Notes: generated from the letters alone by a model not told the origin. Positions 32,387 to 43,708 are shown, counted from the first letter of the stretch. The stretch is 64,000 nt of DNA from Spirochaetia bacterium (GCA_965225855.1 CBDDCK010000005.1:416001-480000), one strand, 5' to 3'. Made by a program: numbers and translations.

Positions 32387-33181
32387 CTATCTTGTAATAC
32401 CTTTACGGTTGTTGGAGAGAATGCTGCGCAAACGCGTTACAGCCCGAGTATGTAGTTGCGATACCCGTGATTCTGTAACATCCAGCAAGGCACCAATTTC
32501 TTTGAGTGTCAAATCTTCATAGTAATATAATACTAATATCATTTTCTCTTTTTCCGGTAACTCATTAATCGCTTTGACAATAACTTGGCGAATCTCTTGC
32601 CTCTCTGCTACTTCTTCAGGCTGGTAGCGGTTTGGGGAGCGAACAGTTTCGATACGCGGAAGGCTCTCATCATCTGCCACGCTGAGCATATCACTCAATG
32701 AGAGTAATGATGTATTACTAAGCTTTAACTGGGTTTGATTAAATTCTTCTTGCGACATATTTAAAGATTTCGCTATTTCGTCATCTGTCGGAGGGCGGCC
32801 ATAACGGACTTTCAAGTATTGAATTTGTTCGTCAATTTCACGCGATTTTTGGCGTATAGAACGAGGAATCCAATCAATTGCACGCAGCTCGTCAAAAATG
32901 GCCCCTCTTATGCGGGTTACTGCATACGTTTTAAATTTTACATGTTTATCTGGATCAAATTTTTCAATAGCATCTAGTAGACCAAACGTACCAAAACTAA
33001 CCAAGTCGCTAAAACTAACTGAAGGCGGAAGACCTACAGAAACTTTTCCGGCAACGTATTTTACTAAAGGAGCATACTGGTTGATAATCTTATCTCGTGT
33101 TTGTATATCATGGTTTTTACAGTATTGCTGCCAGAGTATATCTTCTGGAATACCATCTATAATATTTTCTTCCACTATCAA
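32387..33181 (-). CDS. fliA: RNA polymerase sigma28 factor FliA/WhiG
   Basis: YAPLVKYVA, GLLDAIEKFD, RIRGAIFDELR, DWIPRS and LTLKEIG...ESRVSQLH motifs. Confidence 0.95.
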   Translation of the reverse strand: MIVEENIIDGIPEDILWQQYCKNHDIQTRDKIINQYAPLVKYVAGKVSVGLPPSVSFSDLVSFGTFGLLDAIEKFDPDKHVKFKTYAVTRIRGAIFDELRAIDWIPRSIRQKSREIDEQIQYLKVRYGRPPTDDEIAKSLNMSQEEFNQTQLKLSNTSLLSLSDMLSVADDESLPRIETVRSPNRYQPEEVAERQEIRQVIVKAINELPEKEKMILVLYYYEDLTLKEIGALLDVTESRVSQLHTRAVTRLRSILSNNRKGITR

Positions 33182-33670
33182 TTATTCCTCATTCATGGAA
33201 TGCCGCACTATATTAGCCAATTCTTTGGAGTCTGCACTGCGCAATTGCTCTTCTAGCGTACTTGAAATGCTTCGTATATTGGCTTCTCGCTCAATTGTAT
33301 TAGCCATATGGCTTACACCTGCACGGTTTTCTGTATTTGAATGACGGTTTTCATCAGTCATATCTTGATTTGAGTTAGAAAAGCTTTGTTCTTCTAATTG
33401 TTCCTGAGGGATATTTTCTTGATTATTAGAGCTATGCTCTTTTTTACTGACTGTATGGGCAAATAAATCAATACCCTGAAACAGGGCTCGAGATAGCAGA
33501 AAAGCTAGACCTGATAAAATAATGCTAGAAATAACCATCGCAAACAAGCTGCGAATTAGTAGTACTGAAAGTTCAACATCACCAAGAAGACCTCCTGAAA
33601 AGGTAACTAACCCGCCCAAAAAGCTAAATGGAAGGAGGACGATAAGTCTTTTCATTGTTCCCACACTCAA
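33182..33670 (-). CDS. Hypothetical membrane protein immediately upstream of fliA
   Basis: Two TM segments and a polar tail; stop codon abuts the fliA start. Confidence 0.7.
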   Translation of the reverse strand: MSVGTMKRLIVLLPFSFLGGLVTFSGGLLGDVELSVLLIRSLFAMVISSIILSGLAFLLSRALFQGIDLFAHTVSKKEHSSNNQENIPQEQLEEQSFSNSNQDMTDENRHSNTENRAGVSHMANTIEREANIRSISSTLEEQLRSADSKELANIVRHSMNEE

Positions 33671-33768
33671 TTATTAGTTAATTGTAGAACAAAATACTCT
33701 AGTAGCCAAGCAAAGTCAATAGCAATTTAGTGGGTAAGTAAATATGCGAATATGGACGTAAATGAATT

Positions 33769-35103
33769 TTAATCGTTATTTTGCCCGTCTAATCGTTCTT
33801 TAGGTTGTTGAAGGATTGGAATGTAGCGAATGGATTCTTGTTTGGCTAATTCTTGCCAAGAACTTTGTGCTTGAAAAAATATGCTGTAGTCATCTAAATC
33901 AAATAATTTTTTCCCTAATGGGGGGTATAAAAAATTACTGTGAATAAAACCTAACCAGTTTTGTGGCTGTTTTGCCCATTGATTTTTAGGGTTTATTTGG
34001 AGCTGTGTTGGCTCCACTACTCGTGGCCAGTTTGGGTAATCATAAAAAGCTTGGGAATAGCTACCATTTTGAATTTGGCAGAGGTCTGAAAGTATGGCAG
34101 ACGCAGTGGCACTGGCACCAGCCCCACGTCCTTCCAGATAAATATGGCCAACATTATTACCATAAAAAGAAATACCATTAAAGCTATCTTGTAAAAAAGC
34201 TAGTGGTGATGCATGTAATTCAATGCCCAACTGGGATTGCAGGCCGTTTTGGTTTGGAATATAACTAGGTCCTACACGCAAAAAAACAGAAGTCCCAGAA
34301 TCTTCAGCTGAATTTTGAAATAGCTGGGCAGATGCGAGAAGTTTCACCGTTAGGCCGAGTTTTTTTCCTGCTAATACTTGTACTTTGTCTATGGTATTGA
34401 TACCTGTAATTTGTATTTCTGTTAACTTGATGTTATGGCCAAAGCTCATTGTTGCTAAAATTGCCAATTTATGGGCAGCATCGGTACCCGAAATATCGAG
34501 GTAAGGGTTGGCTTCAGCTAGGCCAATTTCCTGTGCTTGGCGGAGAGTTTCGTTGTAGCTGCAGCCTGTTGTTACCATTTGAGAAAGAATAAAATTGCAA
34601 GTACCATTGAGAACCCCATGAAATTCATCGATTTGATTGGCTCGAAGGCCGTAAAGCAAAGTTTGTAAAATTGGGATACCACCACCACAACTAGCCTCAC
34701 AGGCAATAAAAGTTTGGTTTTGCTTAGCTAGAGGAAACAGCGTATCGCTGTATTCAGCTAACAAGGCCTTGTTAGCTGTAATGATAGGGACTTTGTTTTT
34801 CAAAAAATAGTGATAAATAGGCAAACAATTGTCGATACCGCCAAGCAATTCTATCACAACATCAAGGGGGCCTATATTTTCTAGTTGAGTTTTTAACTCG
34901 TGCCAGCTGCTAAAAATTTGTTGCTTGTCCAGTTTTTGCAAATATTGGGGGGCCCGTTTTTGCAGCGATGCTACGGCATTCCGCGACATGACGGCAGCAA
35001 TTTCAACATTGTTTTGCTGTTTTTCTAAAATACGCAATACCGCGCTGCCGACTGTGCCGATGCCAAGTAATAGTATACGAAATGACTTTTTTTCAGAATT
35101 CAT
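33769..35103 (-). CDS. hom: Homoserine dehydrogenase
   Basis: GIGTVG, TANKAL, EASCGGGIP, GVLNGTCNFIL, AEANP, DAAHK and GRGAG motifs. Confidence 0.92.
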   Translation of the reverse strand: MNSEKKSFRILLLGIGTVGSAVLRILEKQQNNVEIAAVMSRNAVASLQKRAPQYLQKLDKQQIFSSWHELKTQLENIGPLDVVIELLGGIDNCLPIYHYFLKNKVPIITANKALLAEYSDTLFPLAKQNQTFIACEASCGGGIPILQTLLYGLRANQIDEFHGVLNGTCNFILSQMVTTGCSYNETLRQAQEIGLAEANPYLDISGTDAAHKLAILATMSFGHNIKLTEIQITGINTIDKVQVLAGKKLGLTVKLLASAQLFQNSAEDSGTSVFLRVGPSYIPNQNGLQSQLGIELHASPLAFLQDSFNGISFYGNNVGHIYLEGRGAGASATASAILSDLCQIQNGSYSQAFYDYPNWPRVVEPTQLQINPKNQWAKQPQNWLGFIHSNFLYPPLGKKLFDLDDYSIFFQAQSSWQELAKQESIRYIPILQQPKERLDGQNND

Positions 35104-35148
35104 GAGATGCCTTTAAAATTTTTTATTTAGTTTTGTTTCAACTTTGTT

Positions 35149-36996
35149 TTAATTTTGTTGCGTAATATGTAATTCGGCTAGTTGGCCCTGTGTAATTTCG
35201 CCAGGAGAATAGTCGAGCAATGATTGACCTAAGTTATTTTTAGGGAAGGCAATAACGTCTTTGATACTTTCTTTACCAGCCATAATCATTGCCAAACGGT
35301 CTAGCCCCAAAGCAATACCGCCGTGGGGTGGTGCTCCATAACGGAAGGCTTCGAGGATAAAACCAAAGCGTTGTTCTGCGATTTCTTTAGAATATCCTAC
35401 AATATCGAAAATTTTCGCCTGAATATCGGCACGGTGAATACGAATGGAACCAGAACCTAATTCATAACCATTTAATACTAAGTCGTAAATATCGCCACGC
35501 ACTGGGCCGGGATTTTGTTCCATGGTCTCAAGATATTCAGGGTAGGGCATACAAAACATATGGTGGGCCGTTGTCCAACCTGTATTGTAGGTGCCTGTAT
35601 CATTGACTTCTTTATCTGTTGGCAAAAATAATGGGAAGTCAACGACCCAAACAAAAGTAAAGGCATTTTCATTGATAAGTTGTAGACCTTCGCCCAATTT
35701 TTTGCGTACAGCTCCTAATGCTTCACAAGCGGTATCCCAGCGGTCAGCAGCAAAAAATAAAACATCGCCGGCCTTTAGTTGGAAATTTTGGGAAATGGCA
35801 GAAAATTGTTTTTGAAAAAATCGCCCAATACCACCAGCAAAATTTTCTTGGCCAACTTGCATCGATGCTAAGCCTTTTGCTCCGTATTTTTTGGCTTCAT
35901 CTTCTAATTCACTAATTATTTTACGGCTGCAATACTCGGCAGATTCTGGGGCTACCAGCATTTTTATACAGCCATTTTTAGCTAAGCATTGTTGGAATAT
36001 ACCAAATTCTGATTTTTTGGCAAACTCGGAAAAATCTTTTAATTGCAAAGGGTTGCGTAAGTCAGGTTTGTCGCTACCATAACAATTTATGGCTTCTTCG
36101 TAGCTTAACCGAGAAAAAGGAAGCTGTAGCTTCTGATCAAAAATTTTATACCAAATACAACTAAGCATTTTTTCTGTAAGCTGCCGGACATCTGTGCCTT
36201 GGACAAAACTCATTTCTAAGTCCAACTGGGTAAATTCTGGTTGCCGATCTCCGCGGGCATCTTCATCGCGGTAACAACGGGCAAACTGGTAGTAGCGGTC
36301 AAGGCCGCCAACCATCAAAAGTTGCTTATAGAGTTGGGGCGATTGAGAAAGGGCATAAAATGCGCCAGAGTGGAGGCGCGATGGAACCAAATAATCCCGT
36401 GCACCTTCGGGCATAGAGCGAATGAGGGTCGGAGTTTCTATTTCCAGAAATTGGTGCTGGTGTAGAAAATTGTGAATTTCATGCTTTAGCTGGTGGCGTA
36501 GTTGAATGCGTTTTTGCATGCCATTACTGCGAAGATCGAGGTAACGATATTTTAATCGCAAAGCTTCGTTGCCATCACTTTCCCCGCTTTGCTCTTTTTG
36601 TAGCATGAAGGGTAGGGGGGCACAGGTGTTGAAAATTGTGAGCACCTTTGTAAAAATTTCAACCTTACCTGTTTGCATAGAAGGATTTTGCATGTTTTCG
36701 GGACGCAATTGCAGAACCCCTTGCACGGCAATACAAAATTCAAGGCGCAGCAACTCAACGGTATTACTGAGCTCTATTGTTTGTTCGGTATCAATCGTCA
36801 GTTGGATTTCTCCATAGCGGTCGCGCAGGTTAATAAAGCTAATGCTACCGTGTCGCCGAATTTTTTTGATCCAACCGTTAAAAATTAAAGTTTGCCCGAG
36901 CAGAGATTCTATTGGCATGTTTGTGTATGTATCATTAGTATCATTGGGGCTGTTACTATCAACTGGGCTCAAGTTACAATAATAGCTACGTTGCAT
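35149..36996 (-). CDS. aspS: Aspartyl-tRNA synthetase
   Basis: LRDRYG, YRYLDLR, QSPQLYKQLLM, RQPEFTQLD and PPHGGIALGLDR motifs. Confidence 0.97.
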   Translation of the reverse strand: MQRSYYCNLSPVDSNSPNDTNDTYTNMPIESLLGQTLIFNGWIKKIRRHGSISFINLRDRYGEIQLTIDTEQTIELSNTVELLRLEFCIAVQGVLQLRPENMQNPSMQTGKVEIFTKVLTIFNTCAPLPFMLQKEQSGESDGNEALRLKYRYLDLRSNGMQKRIQLRHQLKHEIHNFLHQHQFLEIETPTLIRSMPEGARDYLVPSRLHSGAFYALSQSPQLYKQLLMVGGLDRYYQFARCYRDEDARGDRQPEFTQLDLEMSFVQGTDVRQLTEKMLSCIWYKIFDQKLQLPFSRLSYEEAINCYGSDKPDLRNPLQLKDFSEFAKKSEFGIFQQCLAKNGCIKMLVAPESAEYCSRKIISELEDEAKKYGAKGLASMQVGQENFAGGIGRFFQKQFSAISQNFQLKAGDVLFFAADRWDTACEALGAVRKKLGEGLQLINENAFTFVWVVDFPLFLPTDKEVNDTGTYNTGWTTAHHMFCMPYPEYLETMEQNPGPVRGDIYDLVLNGYELGSGSIRIHRADIQAKIFDIVGYSKEIAEQRFGFILEAFRYGAPPHGGIALGLDRLAMIMAGKESIKDVIAFPKNNLGQSLLDYSPGEITQGQLAELHITQQN

Positions 36997-37044
36997 GTGG
37001 TCTCCATATCTGGCGCAAGTTATTTATTAAAAGGTCTTTGGGCT

Positions 37045-38934
37045 CTATGTATTTGTCTTTTGGAAAAAATTTTTTTCTGCTAATTCAAGGTCATGCTGTA
37101 AATTGTGTTGACTGAGCAGAATTTCAAAAGCGGTGTAGAGGTTGATAAATATTTGGCTTTCCTTATTAAGTTGGGTTTCATAAAATTTAGTATCTGAAGT
37201 ACTTTGCAAAGTGTCTTGACTTAAACCGTAATGCAAAGCTTGTTTTTGTTTTTGCAGTTCTTCAGCTAGGCGCGGCTCGCGAATAAAAGATGTTGCAATG
37301 CTAAATAAAGAACGGGTTTCGTGAAGAAATAGCTCACAATTGACAATTAACTGAATGTAAAGATTTTGGATAGATTTATTGATAATCATTAAATTATTAC
37401 AGTGCTCGGGTTCAATCTGGCTAAAATTGTGGCATTTTTTCAATAGTTCTGTAGCTCGTTCATGGTATTTATGCAAATTAAAATTATGAAAAATATTTTG
37501 CATAGTGGTTAGCTTTGGCGTTACATCTTCAACGAGTTGTATCGGGGGTATTGTACTACGGACTTCGGTTAAAACTTTTTGGGACAGCTCTAAGTAATTT
37601 TTGGCAAAACTATTGAATAGCTCTAGTTGTTTGATTGGATTTTCACGAGATAATAGGGTAAATAATAATTGGGCTCGTTCTAAATGCTTGCGTTCATATT
37701 CGATAATTTTATATCGCCCTGCTACTTTACCTGTATCATCACTAATTAATATCATAAAATATTGTATTTCGCTATGTACTTTGACGGTAGAAACATGGAA
37801 GCTTATATAACTACGCCCTTCATACGAATAGATTTTGATCATTTTGAGTGGGTCAATGCAGGCAAGCTCTTCATCATTCAGTTGTTCTGTTTTTAACATT
37901 TCAAAATAATGCTCTATCCGTTTTTCCCATTCATCTAAGTCATGAATATAGTTACTTTCTTCTTCGGGATCGTTACCGTAGTTCATCGAATTGATAAAAC
38001 ATTGGTTTTCTTCCACAATATTTCGCAATAGCTTAGGGAAATATTTTTCACGTAAATCTTTTTTATGCAACATTTTCACACAGATGTCGCTAAAATTAGG
38101 CCGTATTTTAAGTTCTAAATTCAATAGCATTAAACCACTATTCATATTTTCTTTGATCAGCTCTATTTCTAAAGCACGTTCTCGCAAGCGATAAATGGCT
38201 TCATGGAGCCTCATTTCACGGCGATAGTATTCCATTTGTATCATCATGATGAATAGGGTCAAAAATAAGGAAACAATACTAATCAGGATATTATGAGGGC
38301 CGAGCTGGTGATTGACAACTGTATGGTGCAACGCCAAATTAATCAGCAATAGCGGAAGTGAGGAGCGGGTACCAACCGAAGGAACGATGATGATAGGCGC
38401 CATGATCAGCCAGATGTCGGCGAATGCGGGAGAAATGGCAAAGCTTGTGATAGTTTCTAAATTGTTTGCTATTATATAAACAATACATAAAAGCAGCGAT
38501 GTCTTTTTAGAAGTACATCGCCCCTGGGCATAATGAATATAAAGCCAGAAAATTAAAAACAATGTGAATAGGACAATATTGATTATGTGAAAACCTAGCT
38601 CCTGAAATTTTTGAGCCACACGATAATTAAAATTTTGTAAAGCAATCATCGGCCCTTGGCTTTCTAATTGTATGTCAAAATTAGGCAAATTATCTGGGTC
38701 AGAAATCATAATTATATAAAAAATTAAATGAATAATAGCAATGCCGACTGAACACCATAGCCCCATACTGTTGACTCGGTTACGAGTTGTTAACCAAAAA
38801 TTCTTAGATAAGGAACTTTTTGGAAGACTAAAAAAACTTTTGAACTCATGAAAAATAAAATTATGCAAGCGCCAAAATGATTTAAAAATTATTTTTAGAA
38901 TAGATAAATTGTTGAACATTTTGTCAGCACACAT
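37045..38934 (-). CDS. Membrane sensor-like protein (multiple TM, coiled coil, PAS-like and degenerate HPt-like helical region)
   Basis: Hydrophobic N-terminus, then ELIKENMNSGLMLLN...IRPNFS...DLREKYF; no HATPase motifs. Confidence 0.55.
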   Translation of the reverse strand: MCADKMFNNLSILKIIFKSFWRLHNFIFHEFKSFFSLPKSSLSKNFWLTTRNRVNSMGLWCSVGIAIIHLIFYIIMISDPDNLPNFDIQLESQGPMIALQNFNYRVAQKFQELGFHIINIVLFTLFLIFWLYIHYAQGRCTSKKTSLLLCIVYIIANNLETITSFAISPAFADIWLIMAPIIIVPSVGTRSSLPLLLINLALHHTVVNHQLGPHNILISIVSLFLTLFIMMIQMEYYRREMRLHEAIYRLRERALEIELIKENMNSGLMLLNLELKIRPNFSDICVKMLHKKDLREKYFPKLLRNIVEENQCFINSMNYGNDPEEESNYIHDLDEWEKRIEHYFEMLKTEQLNDEELACIDPLKMIKIYSYEGRSYISFHVSTVKVHSEIQYFMILISDDTGKVAGRYKIIEYERKHLERAQLLFTLLSRENPIKQLELFNSFAKNYLELSQKVLTEVRSTIPPIQLVEDVTPKLTTMQNIFHNFNLHKYHERATELLKKCHNFSQIEPEHCNNLMIINKSIQNLYIQLIVNCELFLHETRSLFSIATSFIREPRLAEELQKQKQALHYGLSQDTLQSTSDTKFYETQLNKESQIFINLYTAFEILLSQHNLQHDLELAEKNFFQKTNT

Positions 38935-38967
38935 TGGAAACCCGCTAAACTTTATTTTATAAAATAA

Positions 38968-40215
38968 TCATTGCTTAGATGCATCACTGTAAAATCTATC
39001 GTATAAATAATTTGACAGGTTCCAACTGAGTAAATCAATGCAACAAGCAAAGCTCTGACTTAATAGTAAAATGGGTGTCATAATCACAAAAGTATCGGTT
39101 GTTCCAAGCCCGAACAATATAAAATAAAAAGGTATTACCATATAATAGTTGGGAATAGAAAATAACCCGATAATAATTGCCAATCCTATAGGTATGAGCA
39201 TCGTCCAAAATATGTCAGGAAAGAAACTCAATTGCCATCGAGTGTTGCTAGAGTAATATGTAACAAATGAGTAGGCAAGCACGATAGCCGAACCTGGGCG
39301 TAGAAACACTATATTCAAAGGATTTAACAAACCAGTGTTGATACGCTGTATTCCAAAGTGATTTTTTTGTTCTAGTATAAGGGTTACCATGCTAAATACG
39401 GCATTACCGGTTAGGAAGCTGGTAAAGATGCTTAAAAAAGTTTTCCAAAAAAATAAGTGAGCTTTTTGATCTTTATAGATGATGAACAAAACAAGTGGAA
39501 CAAAGAGGAATAATATAGCTGTAATTACTAACAAACGCAAAATAAAGCCCATGTAAAACATGAGTAAATCATTATTACTGAATTGCCAGACTGTATAAAA
39601 AACATAAATAACCAAGTAAACACTCAGTAAAGAAAATATTCTCTGCAATAAACTAAATGTAAGACGATTGATAGAGTCAGCTAAGTTATAGCTTGGTTCG
39701 GCAACTTCCATATCATAGAGCATAACAAAACCTATAGCAGCAAAAAAAACAAACCAGATGATATATTGGTTTGGACTCAAATGAGAAAAAGCTAGTACCC
39801 AAGAAAAAAGGCCTGTTATTTCTTGTATATTATTCCATGTATCTATTTTAAGGCCAAAAGTCGAAGCTAAATTATTCAGTTGTGAAATATCCGGTACTTG
39901 ATTGCTAGGTAAAAAAGATACTTTACTTATTAAGAAAGCTAATAATTGAGTTACCGAGTAAGTGATTATTGTGAAAGAAAAAAAATAGCGTACAGTCTTC
40001 CAAAAACAATTATTCCTAAATAATTGATTGGTTGAAATACATAAACCACTGAACAGCAGTATCATATTGAGAAAGGCTATCCCCTGAAAGATAAATGTTG
40101 TAGTTGTATTGAATATTTTTTCTATTTGGAAAGTTGTTTTATAATCACCAACAATAAGTACGGCTAAAATCATACTTATAATAATGCTAATGAAACTTAG
40201 TATCCTATATTTCAT
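38968..40215 (-). CDS. Divergent dicarboxylate/amino acid:cation symporter-like membrane protein
   Basis: 415 aa with about 10 TM segments; length and topology fit DAACS, but core motifs are eroded. Confidence 0.5.
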   Translation of the reverse strand: MKYRILSFISIIISMILAVLIVGDYKTTFQIEKIFNTTTTFIFQGIAFLNMILLFSGLCISTNQLFRNNCFWKTVRYFFSFTIITYSVTQLLAFLISKVSFLPSNQVPDISQLNNLASTFGLKIDTWNNIQEITGLFSWVLAFSHLSPNQYIIWFVFFAAIGFVMLYDMEVAEPSYNLADSINRLTFSLLQRIFSLLSVYLVIYVFYTVWQFSNNDLLMFYMGFILRLLVITAILFLFVPLVLFIIYKDQKAHLFFWKTFLSIFTSFLTGNAVFSMVTLILEQKNHFGIQRINTGLLNPLNIVFLRPGSAIVLAYSFVTYYSSNTRWQLSFFPDIFWTMLIPIGLAIIIGLFSIPNYYMVIPFYFILFGLGTTDTFVIMTPILLLSQSFACCIDLLSWNLSNYLYDRFYSDASKQ

Positions 40216-40218
40216 AAA

Positions 40219-40905
40219 TTATTTCCAAAGATTGATAAAATTTATTCCATTTGATGGCAAGAACCAAAATTCTTTAAAATTCATCCATTTACCGATATGT
40301 CGCTCGGGGCGTTTTTCTAGTTGGTTTAAAATAAATTCACTAAAAGCTTCGTAATTATTGTTTTGCGAATAAAAGCCAAAAATATTGGGATCATCGCTAT
40401 TACTAAGCATATGTTGAAAACTGTAGTGCAGCGCTGAATAAATACAACCACCTAGGAGCTCAACAGGGTTATTTTCTTCAAGAACAATAAAAACAATACG
40501 GCTATTTTCTTCAATATTTCCAACGAATTTAGCACGTTGGGTTTCCAATTCGCGCAATAAAATTAATTGACCATACAGCTGCTCTTCTATTTTTTGATGT
40601 ATTTCATGGGGCTTATCGCGGAATAAAGCTGCTGAGATCATGCTACTTTGCAGCAAAAATAAGTAAGTACTGGGAGTTTCGTTGCCCCAAATAAAACTGC
40701 ATTGTCGTAAAACCAAACGAATGGAAAAAATAGAGGCTAAATTCCAAGTTAATATAAATGGAGAATGCGCCCTAGATAGTTGAACATCTTTATTTTCATC
40801 TGATATTTTCTGACGAACTGCAATAATTGAATGCCCTTTGTCATTGGCCACTTCGATAAAACATCGTGCAAATGGGCTTTCAGCATCATTGAGAAATAGC
40901 TTCAT
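40219..40905 (-). CDS. Hypothetical protein, degenerate Rossmann/SDR-like
   Basis: 228 aa; N-terminal beta-alpha-beta pattern and TWNxxSxxS; co-oriented with greA. Confidence 0.55.
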   Translation of the reverse strand: MKLFLNDAESPFARCFIEVANDKGHSIIAVRQKISDENKDVQLSRAHSPFILTWNLASIFSIRLVLRQCSFIWGNETPSTYLFLLQSSMISAALFRDKPHEIHQKIEEQLYGQLILLRELETQRAKFVGNIEENSRIVFIVLEENNPVELLGGCIYSALHYSFQHMLSNSDDPNIFGFYSQNNNYEAFSEFILNQLEKRPERHIGKWMNFKEFWFLPSNGINFINLWK

Positions 40906-40993
40906 AGTTTGCTTGAATTTCCTAACAAAATTGAATTACAAAAACACTAAGGAAATTTTAGGTATTATGGAGCATAACATCGAATAAAAGATT

Positions 40994-43708
40994 TTAAAAT
41001 AAAGCTTTTTCAATAGATAAAACTTTATAATGAGATTTTCTTTCATTGATTTCAAACGAAACTTCTTTATTTTTTTTGGTGCCCAGCAGTGCATTCCCAA
41101 ATGGCGAAAGATAAGAAATAACACCTTTGTCTGGGTCTGATTCCCATGGTCCCAAAATTGTAAAGGATTCTTCTTCCGATTTATACATATTTAACAAAGT
41201 TACTTTTGTGCCAAAACCAACTTCTGAAAGATTAATTTCCATAGGATTAAAAACTTTTGCTTTGTCAATTTCTGAACGCAATTTTCCAACTTGAATATTC
41301 AAAGATTCCTGTTTTTCTTTACCGGCTTTATATTCAGCATTTTCACTTAAGTCGCCCAATTCGATAGCAGCACCTATTTCCTTAGAGTTTTGGGGAATTT
41401 CAACTTCAAGAATATGCCGTAGTTCTTCTCGCTGTTGGTCAAGGCCTTCTTGTGTTACCAGAATAAACTGACCAGCACTATTGATTATATTCGGAGTGCT
41501 ACTGTCATCTTGCTCTAATTTAGGGAAGCGATTGGTAAGCATTTGGTATGTATCTTGAAACCAATTGGTCTCTAATTTGGTTATATCTTTATCCATTCGG
41601 TCAATTTCTCTAAGCAGGGCATAAATACGAGTAGCAAAGGTAATATTACAGACATCGCCATTGATAAATTGATAGAGATAAGACTCTTTAATTAGGATTT
41701 TGTGCAACACACGAAGTAACTTGCGATTTTCTTGGACATCTTTTTTGCTCGAAATATCACGAGCAGACAAATCGAATAGTCGCAACATAGAGACGACAAG
41801 TTGTTCATTGGGTATTTGGCAATCTTCAAACCAAGTTTTCTTTCGTGTATTTTGCATCAACCAAACAAATGCAATACGCATTTCCCGAAAATGAGTGACA
41901 ATATTTAATACAATTTCTTTAAGCTGCTCAAATAAATCATTGTCCAGCAATAAATCGATAATAATCTCACTGGGACTTACAGGGAAAAGTTTTACTAATT
42001 CTGAAGGCCACGAAGAAACTTCTGCTTGAAGTTGTCGGAGAAAAAGATTTTGTAATTCTTTGTTATTAATTTTGGCATAAACTTCACTGGGTTTCTCCAA
42101 TTGAGCATATATGATATGGAAAGAAGGTATCTCGGTTTCAATGGTTAAAAATGGATGCTCTTTTTGTAAATACTTGATATATAAATAAGAAGCCACATAT
42201 TGCTCGTTTATATTTTGAATTTTGAGATTCGAGCTAAAATAACGAAACATTTCAAGAAAATAATCGGTATCGGCATCATTATTTTCTAAATATTCCTGGG
42301 CGATTTTTAGTCGCTTGAAGAAGTCATTTTCACCGGAAAAGCTATTGGCCAATTTTTCACCGTGAGACATTGGTTTTTCTCGCACAATGAAAACATTTGG
42401 TAGTTCATGATGTATACCAAAAGTAGCATCTTCTTTTAACATTTTGCGAGCATTCTTACTCCAAGTACCCCATTCACCTTCGGTCAAAACATAAGGAACC
42501 AATTCAGCCTTAATCTTTTTTATATCAGCCTGATTATTAAAACTTAGAATAATGGTCCGCAACGTCCAAGATATATCATTTTTCACACGGCGATGTAATT
42601 TCTCTTTACTAATTGCACTTTTTAGAACCCAGATATGTTCTTTGGGTAGGTTTTGAAGAGCTTCAATAGCCATTTTGATGGAAAATTTATGGCCACGCTT
42701 TTTGGAAAAATCAATGATCATGCTTTCTCCTTCAATTTCTTTTATTCGGCCAACACCCCAATTATTGTGATAAACAAAGTTACCAACATCATAAAAAATA
42801 TGTTTTTCAAAGTCTGAAATGGCTTCTGCTATGTTTCGCGAAGATTGATCTAAGCATGAAGATTTTATGTAGTCTTCTAAATGACTATGGTTTGAGTAAA
42901 GCTCTCGATAAGCTTGAATTAGTGCTTTGCGAGAACGAGGGTCATTGGGCTCCAGCTCTAATAGCCATTTTAAAACTGTTATTAAACGTGCATTATTACC
43001 TTCTTTCTGATAAGCCTCACAAAGCATTTCTAAATTAGAAATAGCTTGCATCGGAGCTATGGCAGCGATTTTGCGTGAGACTTGCCCGAATATTTCAATA
43101 TGATCTAAATCAAGACGAATCAGAGCTTCCCATGATTCTGTAATAGATTTTACTTTGCGGTTGTTAATATAGCGATTTATTGCTTTGTGATAAAATTCTA
43201 TTGCTAGGAGCTCATCTCCTTGTTTTTCGTAATGGCGAGCCAGTGCCATTACAATCTCAGCTTCTTGATAATCGACTTTTACTAAGCGTGCCCAAATACT
43301 ATATAGCTCTTCTTCTTGATTTTGCTGTTCACAACATTTTGCCAAGATACGAAGTATCACTGCATTTTCACCAAAATTTAGTGCACGTTTACAAAGGTAC
43401 TGGCAAAGCCCCCAACGTTTATGTTTATGGAATAGATCAATGACAGAAAGAATATAGCCATCATCAATTTGCTGACGGTGTAAAGCCATAATACCGCAGA
43501 GGTACAGCGCAATAACGCTATTTTTATTTTGTTCAAGGAATTGCTCGCAGAGTTCCTTTGCAGCATTCTGCTTTCCTGCATCAAAAATTTTTTCTAGTAG
43601 TTGATCCGAATTATCAAAATTGCTGATGGTAAACTCTGAAACAGGAGTACGAGTCCATTGTTCTGCAGTGAGTTGACGCTCTATCTCTAGTAGGATGTCA
43701 TTGGCCAT
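40994..43708 (-). CDS. greA: Transcription elongation factor GreA, long spirochete type with TPR-like N-terminus
   Basis: C-terminal PQNSKEIGAAIELGDLSENAEYKAGKE, FGTKV and ILGPWESDP...ISYLSPFG; 904 aa. Confidence 0.95.
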   Translation of the reverse strand: MANDILLEIERQLTAEQWTRTPVSEFTISNFDNSDQLLEKIFDAGKQNAAKELCEQFLEQNKNSVIALYLCGIMALHRQQIDDGYILSVIDLFHKHKRWGLCQYLCKRALNFGENAVILRILAKCCEQQNQEEELYSIWARLVKVDYQEAEIVMALARHYEKQGDELLAIEFYHKAINRYINNRKVKSITESWEALIRLDLDHIEIFGQVSRKIAAIAPMQAISNLEMLCEAYQKEGNNARLITVLKWLLELEPNDPRSRKALIQAYRELYSNHSHLEDYIKSSCLDQSSRNIAEAISDFEKHIFYDVGNFVYHNNWGVGRIKEIEGESMIIDFSKKRGHKFSIKMAIEALQNLPKEHIWVLKSAISKEKLHRRVKNDISWTLRTIILSFNNQADIKKIKAELVPYVLTEGEWGTWSKNARKMLKEDATFGIHHELPNVFIVREKPMSHGEKLANSFSGENDFFKRLKIAQEYLENNDADTDYFLEMFRYFSSNLKIQNINEQYVASYLYIKYLQKEHPFLTIETEIPSFHIIYAQLEKPSEVYAKINNKELQNLFLRQLQAEVSSWPSELVKLFPVSPSEIIIDLLLDNDLFEQLKEIVLNIVTHFREMRIAFVWLMQNTRKKTWFEDCQIPNEQLVVSMLRLFDLSARDISSKKDVQENRKLLRVLHKILIKESYLYQFINGDVCNITFATRIYALLREIDRMDKDITKLETNWFQDTYQMLTNRFPKLEQDDSSTPNIINSAGQFILVTQEGLDQQREELRHILEVEIPQNSKEIGAAIELGDLSENAEYKAGKEKQESLNIQVGKLRSEIDKAKVFNPMEINLSEVGFGTKVTLLNMYKSEEESFTILGPWESDPDKGVISYLSPFGNALLGTKKNKEVSFEINERKSHYKVLSIEKALF

